Shown piece by piece: positions 49,456-63,345 of a DNA stretch of 64,000 bases. How positions within the stretch are numbered: position 1 is the stretch's first letter; the number at the start of each line of letters is the position of its first letter. The DNA comes from Lama glama (lineage: Eukaryota). Below the pieces are notes generated by a model. The model did no database searches, had not been told where the DNA came from, and worked only from the letters and a program-made list of their open reading frames with translations. Location: assembly GCA_028534125.1 (NCBI GenBank), contig CM052816.1, positions 24,802,001 to 24,866,000 of the forward strand. The letters are read 5' to 3'. The translations under genes were made by a program, and so were the position numbers.

Positions 49456-51769
49456 ACCCTAGATCACTAACAGTTCAGCAAACGTGTGAGGAGCACTACG
49501 CTCTGCTTCCTAAACTGCTCTGGCCAGGACATGGTAGACCATGCCCTGTGAAAAGGGTTTCGTGGGTGTGTTAGGAGCATGCCCCGCCCTCCCTGTGGTG
49601 GTAGGAGGGTGGTGCACTAGGTGTCCTGTGGCTGCCCTGCAGGCCCTGCGCATCGCATCATCTCTCACTATTCTGCTGGATATTTCAGCACATTTCATAA
49701 GCACCATAACACTTACATTACAGACCTGCATGATGATTTTTTATTGTCCCTATTATCTGAAGTCTATTTACGCCTTTGCAACTTTATGAAATACGTTGTT
49801 TGCTTCATCTCTGGCTTGTGCCTCCCTTAACATTCAAGGAGATATATTGTCACCAGTCATTGTGAGTCATAAGTTATCTGACATCCTGGTAGAAGAGGCT
49901 TTTTCCCACTTGTTTTCTTGAGCCAGCAGAGTAAATAGAGTGGTTTGAGGGTGGGGTGGTGGAGGGGAAGAGAAGGATTCTGTCAAGGATTTGATTAAAC
50001 AAATAGTATGATTTTTGTTGGTCAAAAATGTGTTCCTTTTTATTCTCTAGTTTCATAATTATTGCATTGTACAATGATGAGTAAGTGAAATTCTTATTAT
50101 GGTTGTTTGATTTGACCATGAAATTAAAAAAAGCAAAAGAAGTGTCAGACTTAAAATGATGTTATGGTTGAAATATCAATATGGATTGTGTTCAAAGAGG
50201 CTTCCTATTGTTTTCTACCTTTTCTTTTTTGTATCAACAGACTAATTATTGAAATAGAAACACATTTTAAATGAGAAAATCATTCATGTTTAATTTAGTT
50301 TCAACTATACAACTAGCCTATAAAGTTTTGGGGGCCATTTCACTCAAATCGAATGCAAAGAGAATTCTAAAGTATTTTTCCTAACTAACTTCAGGGCCTT
50401 CTGACTCTGAGAACTACTGCTTCTATATAAATCCTTTAAAATGCCAATGAATGAGTGTGGCTTTGTGGTTTTTTCAGTTTCTTAGTTCACTTTACAGGCA
50501 GTTTAATTGTTTAGTATTTTTCTGTGGAAAACATATAAAAGGGAAAATGCCACTGTGATTTAATAGTTTCTTGAGGAATTGCTGTTTATATCTTTCATAA
50601 TTGCTGTTATAAGTATTTCATATAATCCAAATATTTGGGGTGGTGAGAGGCACCAGAAATTGAGGAAAAAGCATTAGCTGTCTGTAATTTGGTCCTTCTT
50701 CGTAGCATCTTGTTTATTGTAAGAAGACCCATTCTAATGATTGATTGCTTCAGCTACTTCTTACTCATGGGCAGATTTACTTTGTTCTGTGTCATTCCTA
50801 CATGATACCAAACAACCAATTTAATTAATTTAAGAAAACTGACAGATTGATCTAATGTAGTTGGCCTACAAATTAACTGATTTAATTGGCAAACCGGAGA
50901 TCTTTTAGGAGTAAAGGGTAACTGGACAGTGCACCAAGGAAGGGGTGGGCATTTTCCCAAGACTTGAGGAATCGTGAACTTTATAAGGTATTCAAAAAAG
51001 CTGGGCATCAAAACATGAAGACACACTGGAGCCTGTTTTTATTTGGCAAGCAGTGTGACTGAGTTGAATTTGGGCCAACTAACTGTCCCGTAAAGATTTC
51101 TAAGAGAAACCAACGTACCTATAAATCAAAGTGAGGAAGTCAGGGCTTACTAAGTGATGAAGGCTGGATGGAAGTTGCTGTGTAATTTATACTTTCGTAA
51201 ATTTATATTGGGGCTTGTTTTGAAAGAAAAAGAAGACATGATTTTTTTTTTCTTTTTAAAGAAAATTTCTGTGGTTCTGATAGGTGAATGTGAATAGAAT
51301 TTAATGAGTTTTATCCAGAATAGGATAGAGTCAAATTTTTTTGGAGGAAGCACTGAATTTTCACCAGTGCAATGACAGATTACTAAGAAACATTCCTTTC
51401 CTTCTGACAGGATCATGGCTTATAATTGCAGTGATAAGAATGAAGATAGAAAATTGAATCATAAGATTTCCATCACAAGACTGTAACTCCTACAACCTAA
51501 AGTGGACATTCTTTGCTCTTCCCCTCTCCTCTGTTGTCTTTTGTTTTATTCCATTGGGTTATTTATTCTGAGTAATTTTAGTTTTTTTTTACACCATGAA
51601 GTCTGAATTCTCTCTTTTTACCATCACTTAGCATCATCCTTTCCCCTAATTTCTGATCACTTTTCTCTCGTTTTTCTCTGTGCTAAATCCTCCTAGATGG
51701 TTATTGCTATTAGATATTTAATTGCATACTTCTCTTAAGCATATTGTTTTGCTTTGATGTTGAAGACAC

Positions 51770-51950
51770 CAGCTTCAGGTAACTCAGATTTTAGAGCTGC
51801 CTCTGCAGCTCACTGACTTCGTAACTTCCAGCACATTGCCTAACCTTAACAAAGGTTGTTCCACTATCAAAAAAAATGGGTATAAAACTTAGTTATCCAT
51901 TATTCAGGATAGTTGTGAAATTGGAAAGTGAGCACATATATGTAAAAAAT
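51770..51950 (+). mobile_element. MIR SINE
   Basis: ctcactgacttcgtaacttcc...aaaaatgggtataaaa...caggatagttgtgaaattg. Confidence 0.6.
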
Positions 51951-52164
51951 GACTTATAGATAAGGATGAGTTGGTTGTGTTTTCAACCTCTTATAGTTGA
52001 GGAATTGTGGTCTAGGGGAATTTAATAGCCAAAGTAATGAATAAATGGGTTAACGATTAACCTTGTATCTTTTAAAAATCTCCCATTCAGTATTTATATT
52101 TAATTAAAAAAATAAGTTATTCATCTATTTTATTTTATTTTTTCATTCATTTTAAATTTATAAT

Positions 52165-54570
52165 TTTTAAGTGAACATTTTATCAGAGTATAACATATCT
52201 GTAAAGTATTTATTCTTTTAATATATTTTTACATTTTACCATTTATACACATTTATTTTTACGTTCAGAGTGTAATATACATATAGAAAAATGCACAAAT
52301 TATAATTGTACAGCTTGATGAAATTTCAAAGTGAAACAGATCTCACAGTTTGTCACCAGCACTGCAGAAGTCCCCCTCCTACCTCCCTCAGGCATAATTC
52401 CTTCCAAGCCCTACCCAAAGATAACCACTAACCTGACTTCTCATACCATGGATTAGTTTTGCCTGTTTTGACAATCAGATGCTGCTGCAGGAGTAGAGCT
52501 GCTGTGTAGACTTGCCAGCCTCAGCCCACCCCTCTGTGAGCTCTGAAGCTGACATGGCTGGTCAGAGTTCCCCAACATTGGCCCACATTGTCTCCATCAA
52601 TCATTGGGTATGGGTGAGGCCGTTCTTTGCAGAGGTGCTTCCTGAGGGGTTTGGCAGCTAAAGGCTCTGTCTGCTCACTACATTCCCAGCAACTAGGACA
52701 GCATTTCCTTCATTAGGAGGTATCTGGGTGGTGCATCTGTGTGTCTACCCTGTTATAAAAAAGGAACTGTACAGTGTTTACTCTTTGTTGTTTGATCTCT
52801 TTTGCTCAGCATTATTTTATAAAATTTATCCATGGGTTGTGTGTAGCTGTAGTTCATTCATTCTTATTGTTGTCTAGTATTTTTTATGTGAATATACTAC
52901 CAATTATGTATCCATTATGTTGATGATGAGTATTAAGGAAATTTCCCAGTTTGTGGCTATTAAAAATGGTGCTTTTATGAAAGTTATACATGTCTTTGAG
53001 GTTGAGTGTTTGCATGCATGCCTTTTGATAAGTGAATGTTGGGGTTTAGAGTGAGGTGTATATACTCAGGGGGAAGAATTGATGGGTAATACTTTATTTT
53101 CCAAGTTGTATGAGAGTTCCAGTTGTTCCACATTCTTCCTTTCCAACACTTGACTTTTGCTGTCTTTTCCATTTTAGTCATTCCGGTGTGTGTGTATATA
53201 TAGATATAGGTTTAGATGTATAGATAGATATTGCATTGAAGTTTTACTTTGCATTTCCCAGATGATTAATACGTTGAACCTTTTTTTCTTATGTATATTA
53301 GGCATTGGAATAGCCTCTTTTGTGTAGTGTCTTTTCAAGTAGGCTTAAACAGTGAAAGGAAAATATTGTGAAAATAATGTAAATTTTGTCATTGTTAGGT
53401 GCTATTCAACATATATGTTAAATAGGTCAATTTTGTTAATTATGGTTAATATTAATTCACATATCCTCATGAATTGTGTTTTTTTTTTTTTGGTCTGCCT
53501 ATTCTATCAGCTATTACAAGAAGTGTGTCAATGTCTTCATTCAAGTGTGAATGTGTCTATTTCTCCTCATAGTGTTCTGTCAGTTTTTTCTTTGTATGTT
53601 TTGAAGATATTTTATTGTGAACATACAGATTTACAATTGTTATATCTTACTATTGTGCTTGCCACTTTATCATGATGAAATATTTCTGTTTCTCTAGTTA
53701 TTCTTCTTGCTAAGTTCTACTCCATCTGATACTAGTTTGGCTGATCCAGCTTTCTTTTGGTTGGCATATACATGGTATAGTTTTCCATTTTAAATTTACC
53801 ATTTTGTTGTTCTCATATTTAAGGCATATTTCTTATAAGCAGTATATAGTTTGTTTTTTATTTTTATCCACTCTGGTTAACTTAGCCTTTACTTGGAGTA
53901 TATAGTCTTCAATTTTTCCCTTTAGTTCTATTGAGACCACCAACATTTCTCTGGTTCTTGTTTTTGATTTTCAGATTCTATCCAATGCTCAGAATTGGTA
54001 AAGGCCTCCTGGGAAAATGCAGCTACACTTTGTTAACCATTTCCCCCAAGGTTTTTAGCTGGTATGTGCATGAACATCATCACCTTGGTGAGCTTTGCCT
54101 TCTGTATACGAGGGACTGTGTAAAATTTTTCTCCATTTTTCAGAAATTCTCAGTAATGTTGTAAAGCATCCAACTCCACTGTACTTCAACATTTGGCAAA
54201 TGGCTTGTGGAGTCAACTAGCTGTGTTTTGAGGTTCTTTGAAGTCTCCACTTTTATCACTCCATTCCCACTGTATCATTGAAAGCTCTTCTGGTTTCACT
54301 GTCCCCACGTCGAGACTCTCTCACTGGGCCAAGCCTTGATTCTCAGCCTGTAGCACATGCTCAATATTAACAATTTCCTCAGGGAACAGACACTTGATGA
54401 TCGTTAGCTCAACATCTAGAATTTTCTTCTTGTACAAAATTTTAACTCTAGTTCTCATTGCTTCCACAGCTATCTGAGGGGTCATTTAACGGATCTTTAC
54501 ACAGAGCTCTATAGACATGTCCAGCCTTATAAGTTGTTTTTGTGGAGCGCTTTTCTACTGGAAACTCTTT
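52165..54570 (-). mobile_element. Composite old L1 (L1ME/MD-like) fragments with an LTR33-like insert (~52480-52750)
   Basis: gataaccactaacctgacttc...gattagttttgcctgttttga; insert has cagcctcagccc...gagctctgaagc...tatctgggtggtgcatc. Confidence 0.7.
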
Positions 54571-54713
54571 CATCTTCTCTTGGCCTTTTCACTTAGACCA
54601 AAATAATTTCTCCAGGTTATAATTTATTTGTACAATAAAGAATTACATGATTACTGTAGAAAAATTAGAAAATGGAAGTAAAAGAAGAAAAATAAAGACC
54701 CTCATTACTACAC

Positions 54714-55420
54714 TGTTTTAGTTATCTATAGCTGTGTAACAAACTACCTTAAAGCTTAGAGGTTTAAAAACCGTTTTATTTTTATCCACAGTTTTGTAGA
54801 CCTGGTAATGTTTGTTTAGATAATTTATCTCTGATTTATCGGGTGTCATTTCCAGAGGATCCATTTTCAAGATGGCATCCTCACTCACATACCTGGTGCT
54901 TTGCTGAAGCCAGGAAACTGATTGGTGCAGTACAGTGAATTAGATTACCGTTCTTAGTGGAGTTTTACCACTTTAAACATGAGCTCATTTTTTCGCATGT
55001 CTTTGTGTGCAACTCTATGATACTTTATCATATAGGGATTCATTTAACTACCATTAGAATCAGGGTACAGAACTATTCCTTCATCACAAAGAAACCCCCT
55101 TGTGCTGCCTCTTTATAGTCATATACACTCTTTTCTCACCAGATAGTGTCTCATCCTCTAGGACCTGTCCAGGTAGCCTGGGCATCTCACAGTTCAGCAG
55201 CTGAAGGGTAGTTGCCCATTTACCTAGTGACTTAGGGCTTCATGCGACTACAAAAGAGGCTGCCAGTCCTCTTAAAGATTGGCCTCAGAACCAGTATAGT
55301 ATCACTTTTATCATGCTTTATCAGTCAAAGTTGCTATGGGCTAGCCCAGATTCAGAAAGAGGGGAAATACATTCCACCTCTAAATGGGAAGAGTGTCAGT
55401 TTGCAAACTTTATCTGCCAA
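54714..55420 (-). mobile_element. MLT1 LTR interrupted by an L1 3' fragment (~54930-55130)
   Basis: tgttttagttatctatagctgtgtaacaaactacc...cagattcagaaagaggggaaatacattccacctctaaatgggaagagtg. Confidence 0.75.
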
Positions 55421-56689
55421 GTGCCTTCAGAGAATCATTCACAGTATATTGGCAAAATAGTGAAATAACAGCCAACTTGCATAGAGCATTCCCTACCTGA
55501 TGTATTATTTTATTTATTCATTATTAAAATGTTTGGACAGGACATGTGTATGTCTCAAATATTTTCTTTAAAATTTTATATATCTATTTATTTAATTATA
55601 CACATAAACATGAACACATGATTATTGGAGAAAAACTTCAATGATATGGAAATGTATGGAGTAAAATGAAATTTCTTTTTAGACTTCTCCTTCAGTTTCT
55701 CTCTTTTCTGAGATAACTATGGTTAATAGTATAGTGTGTATCTTTCTAGGACTTTCACATGAATTTTCATGCCTGTTTATTTTCAGACTTATTATACTTG
55801 ACCCTGGTAATATTTGGTGCTATTTGTGATGTACTCATGCAGAAAATACAGTTCAAAGCTGTGGTCCAAACAAATGAAAATAAGATAGCTTCCTCTCTGC
55901 CAATTATTTAAGTTTCTTTTCTTTCCTCTTGTCAGACAAAACAGAATATTGTTAGCTATCTCCCAGAACTTTGATGACTTTCAGATGCTTCAAGTAAAGG
56001 CTTCCATTCCATAGAGACTATTTCGTTTCATCACCAGTCATTGGTCTGTAATGCATGTCAGAGAAGTAGGTGACAAGTGTATTTCAAATAAGGCTAAAGG
56101 TAACAAGCTTGGCTTCAGATGTAAGTGTAATTTATCATCACTTAATTATTGAACAATTCTATATGTTAAGTATCTCCTTTAGAAAAGACCAATTTTTAAT
56201 TTTGTAAATAGACTTTAGTACATCTATTTATCTTTAATGTGACTTCCATATAAAATGAGTTTTACTTTAAAATTTTTATGTACAGAAAGATTTAAGAATT
56301 GCAGACTAACAAAGCTTGTAGAGGAAAGCACAATCATTCATAGCTTTTAGTTTTAGAGTTATAAATCAGTTCACGTTCAATGAGCCTGTGTCATTATGGC
56401 CTATGGGGAATTACCATCACCAAATTCCTAAGTAAGAATTATATGTCTGCAGGTTAACCATAATTATAGTGGTCAGTTTTAGTTTTGATTGATTAAATCT
56501 AGGCTTGTATTATTTTGTAAAATATGTTATACATTGTGAGTCCAATAGCAACCATTCATATTACAATGCTTTTCAAATTTAATATATTTGTTTCTCTAAT
56601 TTGGTCACATTTAGTCATATGTTCATATGTTCAAATTTTAGAAACAGACTTTGTTTCTAGGAGGCTGAAGTTTCTGTCTGAGCATTTGA

Positions 56690-57190
56690 GCCCTTCTCCT
56701 TTGCCCTTTTTTAGCATCTCCTCTGTCATTTATTTTCCCGTTTTCTTGGATATTCAATCACTCTCCCTCCCTACAGGACTCTTCATTTTTAAGTATTCAG
56801 TATTTCTCTGTTCTAAATCAAGTTGAATCTACTCCTTTCAGCTCTGCTTAATCTGTTGTATGGCTTTTTCTTTCTCCTGTCAAATTTCTTGGAAGAGTTG
56901 ACTTGCTGCTTCTATTTCCTCTTGTCCCTCTACTTCTAGTTCAGTGTTCATTCTCAACACCAGGCTCCCCCTTTAGCAGTTGATGCTGTTGATCGTGTGT
57001 GTGTGTGTGTGTGTGTGAGAAAATCCATTTTTTTGGGTTTCATGCTCACACACTCTTCTTATGTTGCTCTGTGACGTTTTTGTTTGCCATGTGTATTGGC
57101 CTGCCAGGAGTTTATTCTCAGAGCTCTTCTTGTTATAAATGTCACTCTCTTGGGCTTAGATTCATCTACTCTTAGTGCTCCCACTTCTAT
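56690..57190 (+). mobile_element. Degraded L2 with (GT)n at 56996-57017
   Basis: caaatttcttggaagagttg...tgcttctatttcctc. Confidence 0.5.
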
Positions 57191-57324
57191 CTGCCTAACA
57201 CATTGACAAAAAAACTTTTATTTTGAAATAATTGTAGACCTACAAGTAGTTTCAGAAATAGAGAATCCTATGTACCCATCACCCAGCTTTCCCAATGTGT
57301 TGTGTAACATGCAGTTGGGGGAGA

Positions 57325-57590
57325 GTGTTTCAGTCTGGACACTGTTGACATTTTGGGCTGAAAAGTTCTTTGTTGCAGAGGCTGTCCTGAGATTGTAGGA
57401 TGTTTAGCAAAATTCCTAGACCCTACACACTAGCTGCTAGTAGAAACCTACCACCCCAAGTGGTGACAACCAGTACAACTCCTCTCCTCAAGTTGTAATG
57501 ACCAAAGTTTCGCCAGATGTTGGCACATATACCTGGGGGGCAGAATTTCTACTCTGCACCTCTCCTTCTCCCTGCGTTTGAGAACTACTG
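57325..57590 (-). mobile_element. MER20 DNA transposon
   Basis: cactgttgacattttgggctg...ggctgtcctgagattgtaggatgtttagca...tttgagaactactg. Confidence 0.85.
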
Positions 57591-60500
57591 AATAGAGAGC
57601 CAGTAAGCATTTATCAAGTTCCTATATATGTGAGGCTCTGAGCTAGCGCATATGATGTCCTACTTTTTTTGTTTGTTTTTCTGCACATCGTACATTTTCA
57701 ATGCCTGAAGAAACAAGGAAAAGTGGCTTCTCTCTGAATTTTTTTATCCTTTGATAGAAATGGCCACTCTCCTGGATATTTGGTCCTCAACTGAATAGCT
57801 GTTTGATCTTTTAAATGCAAAATAATAAAATTTTCTAAGGAAAAATTCACCACCATATTGTTGAAAGTAATTATTTTACTTCACAACATATATCAAATTT
57901 GTATGCCCAGCTTTGAGAAGAATAAGCCTAGTTGTCATCTCTTTGGAGATTTAAAAATATGCTTCTTAAAATGTGAAGCTTAAAACATTTCTCTAAACAT
58001 TATGAAAACAGTTTTTTTCGCTTCTTCATGCAAGTATAGTACATGCATTGTTGTTTTGCTTTGGAAATATATACCTTCAAAGACTCTGATAGGGTTGTTC
58101 CTTTGATTCTAAATTAAGTCTTAGAATATATATATTTCAGATCCCCAAGGAAGTTATTAATTTGGAAGGCTACATTTCTTTGTTAAATTTGGAAAAAATA
58201 TAAAGCTATCTTACTCAAATCATCAAGGAATACATTTTTCTACTCTAGTGGAAATAAATTCTTAATTACAAACTTATTTATCTTTATAGTTCTGTCACTA
58301 GTTGTTATTTTCAATCATTATATGTTCATCACAAATTTTAGCACACATTTGGACATTTCTCTTTTAATTTCATTGAAAACACTAATGATCAACTGTCATA
58401 TCCCTACCACTACCAAAAAAAAAGCTGTAGAGAAGGCATTATCCTACATATTGAGTTTAAATTGACTAATGGCAATTTAATAAGAGGAAACAGGAAAACA
58501 CTAAGTCATCTGCACCATAGGATTTGTATCTTTCAAAAAAACTTAATTCTGATTTCATTTGATTTGATGTAAGTCCAGGACTACGGGATCATACCATCTG
58601 CCTTACTTTTGATAATCTTTGTTGTATTTGCCTTTTAGCCTCTTAAAAAATACAACTGAAGTGATAGTTTATAAACAATATGAAATAGATCTAACCCTGA
58701 TTTTTCAGGAAGGCATACTTTCACCAGTTGTTATGAGCCAAATGAAATGGGAATGCCTTATTTCCCTTTGGTTCAAATAGAATAGAACTTGCATAGTCTG
58801 AGTTCTGTGCTTTACCTGCACGGCCGCAATTCCAGGCAGCCAAATGAGGACCCTTGAACGTATGTAAGTGCAGCAACAACACGAAAAAGCAGTGAACAGA
58901 GAGGATGCTAGGTGTTCTTGGATTTAGGATAATAGATGTACTAGGGACATTATTTTCCACTGACTACTTTAATTTTTATTAGAAGATTTCTTGAAAGATG
59001 TTATTTTTTGTTGTACATGATGAATGAATTAAAAAATAATTTTAGATGAGTTAGAATGATTACTCTGAAAAACTAATAAAAATGAGGTATTAGTTCAAAT
59101 TCAGACTTCAGAATCTTTTTTTCCCATTTAATAAACAGACAGGAAAATCCAATCTGGTCCATGTAAGCCATTCATTATGACTTCTAGAGGTTTCTAAAGC
59201 TTGAATTTGAGTTGATACAATCTAGAGGAAATATTTTATTCCCCAAACTTGCTCCCCTAAAGGTATACCATACATACTTTTAAAAATGAATGCCAACCAG
59301 TTCTAATCTTGAGATACATTTCATGTGAAAATTGCTGTTTGAAATAGAATACTGGTTTTACATTTCAAATTACAAATATAATGCACCACCACAGGTGCTG
59401 ATTTGTTTCATCTATTGTAAACCAGAGGCCTTATTAATAAAGAAGACTTCTTTGATAACATGCCCCATTAAACTGCATTTTCAAATGTGTGGTTAATTCT
59501 CATGACTATTAGATAAGTGGTGTCTTGTTTTTTGTGCTTTGTTTTTTTAAATACTTGAGCCATCCCAAAATGCCTTCTGAGGTAATTGGCAGTGCAGCAT
59601 CTGTGAAAGCAAATAGACCTGCCTGCCTGTATGTTCTTAGCAATACCCAGAAGCAGCTTCATCCATTAGAGTTAGTTTTATTGAAGGGAGATATATTGGC
59701 TGAGACATCAGCTTGTTTCTAACTCTTTTGAAAAGACCTTACAGAATCTTTATCATCCACCTTGACCATCTCTAGAGAGCAGACCCTTGGTTTTCCCAAT
59801 ACCATCTGCAAAAACTAGACTTGTTAAATTTCCATGAGATTAAACGTCCTTTTTCATCAGAGTTACCAGCGCCTTTTCAGCTTTGTTAATGAAGGAAAGT
59901 CTCCTTGCTTTGAATACGCTCATTACATACCAATTAGAGTTAAAACAGTGGCTTCCCAACCCCAGGAATGTAAGTGCTAATGAACAGAAAAAGGGTCGCC
60001 AATGAAAAATAGCTCAGGCGAGCTACATCTCCTCACCACTGTTTGCAGCACTTGGGAAAAGGTTCTAATATTAATGCTTCTTGTCAGAAAACCCTTACAA
60101 CCTGTATTAAATCATCTTCTCTATCGAAGGTGCTGTAGTTATAAATAGGCTCACAATGAATTCTGAATTCTCTACATGTAAATCATGCCACATACCATTA
60201 TCTGATATCCTTGAATTAGGTATGCGTGGCCTTGGGGGCAGTAAAGGATAGGTCGATGCAGCCAGCTGTCTCTTTTAGTAATAACGGCTGCACGTTAAAG
60301 ACTAACAGCCAGACAATAAATAACATTTTCAAATCTGCATCTAGACTTTGAGTGGGAGAGAAATGAATAATGATTTCCTTGTGTTAGATTGGACTTGAGC
60401 AAAAGGTCAAACCTTTCAGCAAAAGGAACAACAGCCGTACAATCCAGTTAATCACAGACAAAAGTGTGTGTATGTAAACCTGTAAGCAGAATAATTAACA

Positions 60501-62372
60501 GGTCTGCTTGCTTTTAGTGTATACCATTGTGCTATTTTATTCTTGCAAACCCCATTTTCTTTCATGTCTATTGCTTATTCTGACTCTTTAAAGGAAGGTG
60601 AGAGGTTAACAGATTAAATTCAGTTTAGAAGAAAAAGCTGGGAGTAATTGATATTATATTTGAGCATTGTATTTAAATAAGTCAATTCCACCTTCTCAAT
60701 GCACATATGGTCTTTGTGTATGGATTACATTGAGTTAGAACTATGTATTTTACAAGTATAGTAAAATATCAGAGTCTATTTGCATATATTCTACGAGAAC
60801 ATAAATAGTTGTGATATTGACAGAGTTTAGTAGATAAGCAATATGCAAGAAGAAGGAATCATGTTAAATTTAAACAAACAAACAAACAAAAAAACAAGAG
60901 ATAAATTAGTTCTATGAAAAACCTGCTGTGAGATTTTAATTTTCTTCCTCTATATAGCTCTGGAAAGATCACCTACATCAAAAGATTGAAGTCATATTAA
61001 TATTTTTTTATGAGAGGAAAGACCTGATGGACTGTTTCATTTGGAAATAATATTTATTTTATTATTTTGTTTGTGTGATTGTGTATGTCCAAATTGTGGT
61101 TTAATTAGCTATGGTAAAGGATCTTAGCTACTAAAATGTATTCTGTTTAACTGCAAATAATAAACTTCAGAGTCTTAACTGTTTAATTCCTTCACCTCCT
61201 CCATCTCTATGTTTCTGCGTGAACAACACAAGAAAACCCCTGCCTTCGCCCCACTTTCAGAAGGCAGTTTCTCAGTAGTGATACAAATATTGTTGTTTTT
61301 GCTGGCAAGTAATTCACCAGTGGCTCATTTCCATCAGCTTTTATTTCGCAGCAATTGTAAAATAAACCACTCGTAGCACATGCTGTTAATATCTGGTCCC
61401 TGGGGTGTAACTGATGTTCATGGTATGGGTCATGTGCTAGCTAAAGTGTGCATTAAAAAGGGAGAAATTAATAGTACTACCACTGATTCAAGCTAAATGG
61501 TATTCAATGGGCAATATCATCCCTTTAATAGTATCTTAGCATATCATTTTGTTGATTTCTTTTAGAGTCTGATTTTAATGCAAAAATAAACAAAAAAAAT
61601 CAGAACATACTAATGTAATGAATTCTTCAGAGACACAGCTAGCCATATGCTGAAGTTTCATTTGTACATTATATTTTTTCATTTCTTTTTTGACCTTCAT
61701 TTTATATTTGATGAGACAGTGAAACTAGTGGTGCAATCACTAGATTCTGTTTATGCAGAACTTGATATAAATAATGCTATTCTTGTCTGCTTAGCTATTT
61801 GTGTATTCCAGTTACGTATTCTAAAAGTAAAAAAAAAAATAAATCTTTTTTTTTTCTTTAATGATATGTTCCTTTTAGGGATATACATCACATAATTGAT
61901 TTCAAATATGGAATTTATATAACATGCTAGGCAGTAATTTTAATTGAACATTGTCTTGTAGTATTCTTTTTGGCAAAAGCTAACAAGTCCATCATAACAC
62001 AGTTCTTTTAAAAACATTCTTAACGCTTTCTAGATATTGTCACTTTCCAGCTGACAACATTCCCTCAAGATTGATAGATGGCATGCTGTTCATTTTCCAG
62101 ATAAAGATGTTGTCATACCGAGGAAGTTATTTGAGCACACAAAAGCATGTTTAAACTGCATGTCAGTATTCAGTTCTGGACTAGTTGCTTTCCTGTTCAT
62201 ATCCAACTGATGTTATTGGAGCATTACACTACCACAAGGGTGCAGTCCCCCTGCACCAGCATAATTTAAATTGCATCTCCCTCTCTTTTCCGAACTGATA
62301 CCCCTGCGTCTATTCAAAGATTTATAAAGTTCCTCTCAAAAAATCCTTGGCTGAGGCAGACTTTATTTAATA

Positions 62373-62999
62373 CAGTCTGTTCTTGTTATTTGCAGTAGTT
62401 TTGTTCTAGACAGTCCTGTGTAAACACTGCGTTAACCAATACTGAATTATTGCTTCTAGTGGAAATACAGGGTTAGGTTCCTGCAAGCCTTTAGTCTCAT
62501 TTTCACCAACTGATCACTGTATAACTTTATGTGTGTTTCTGTTCAAAGGCACAATATTTAATATATATTTTTGATTCGTTAACATTGAACTCATGGCCAA
62601 CAGCCATGCCTGAAGAAAGTATATCCACCATGTGTAGTTTTCTCTTTAAGACATATCACAGCCTTCATGTACTTAGGAACCCTAGACAGCATGTCAGACT
62701 ATGCTTGGGAGCAATTTTAAACAGTGGACTCACCAGTGAAAAGCACAAAAATGAGGAAGTGGAGGCACTAAATAGATAATGAAAATGACACTTGTTTACA
62801 ACACGAGAGCTGAAACAAGAAGGAAGAGATTCGTCTTACTCAGCCTCAGCTGGGAATGGGCACTTTGACTTAAATTTCTCACTGCTCTGTACATGTCTGC
62901 AAATGACTGAAAATACCTCTATGACTGATTTTGAGGTTACAGATACATTTTAGCAAGTAAATGGCAAATATAGAATCTGCGAAGAACAAAGATCAGCTG
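62373..62999 (+). mobile_element. MER82 (TcMar-Tigger) DNA transposon
   Basis: TA-flanked, termini CAGTC...AGCTG, internal ggaaatacagggttaggttcctgcaagcc. Confidence 0.85.
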
Positions 63000-63074
63000 T
63001 ATTCAGTGATATGGAAAATAGCATAATCAAAGCAGTGGAAACCACTTATATTAGATTTATATCCATTCCTATTT

Positions 63075-63345
63075 TTTTTACATGTAAGATTGTATTACTT
63101 TTAGGTGAACAACATGATGATTTGATATATATATATAGTGAAATGATCACCAAAATAAGTTTAGTTAACGTCTATCACCACATGTAGTTACAGATATTTT
63201 TTTCTTGTGATGAGAACTTTTAGGGTTTACTCTTAGTAACATTCAAGTGTACAATACAGTATTGTTAACTATAGTTACCATGCTGTACCTTACATCCCCA
63301 GGACTTATTTATCTTATAGTTGGAAATTTGTATCTTTTGACCACC
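63075..63345 (-). mobile_element. L1MA-type 3' end
   Basis: gtgaaatgatcaccaaaataagtttagttaac...gttaccatgctgtaccttacatccccaggacttattt. Confidence 0.85.
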
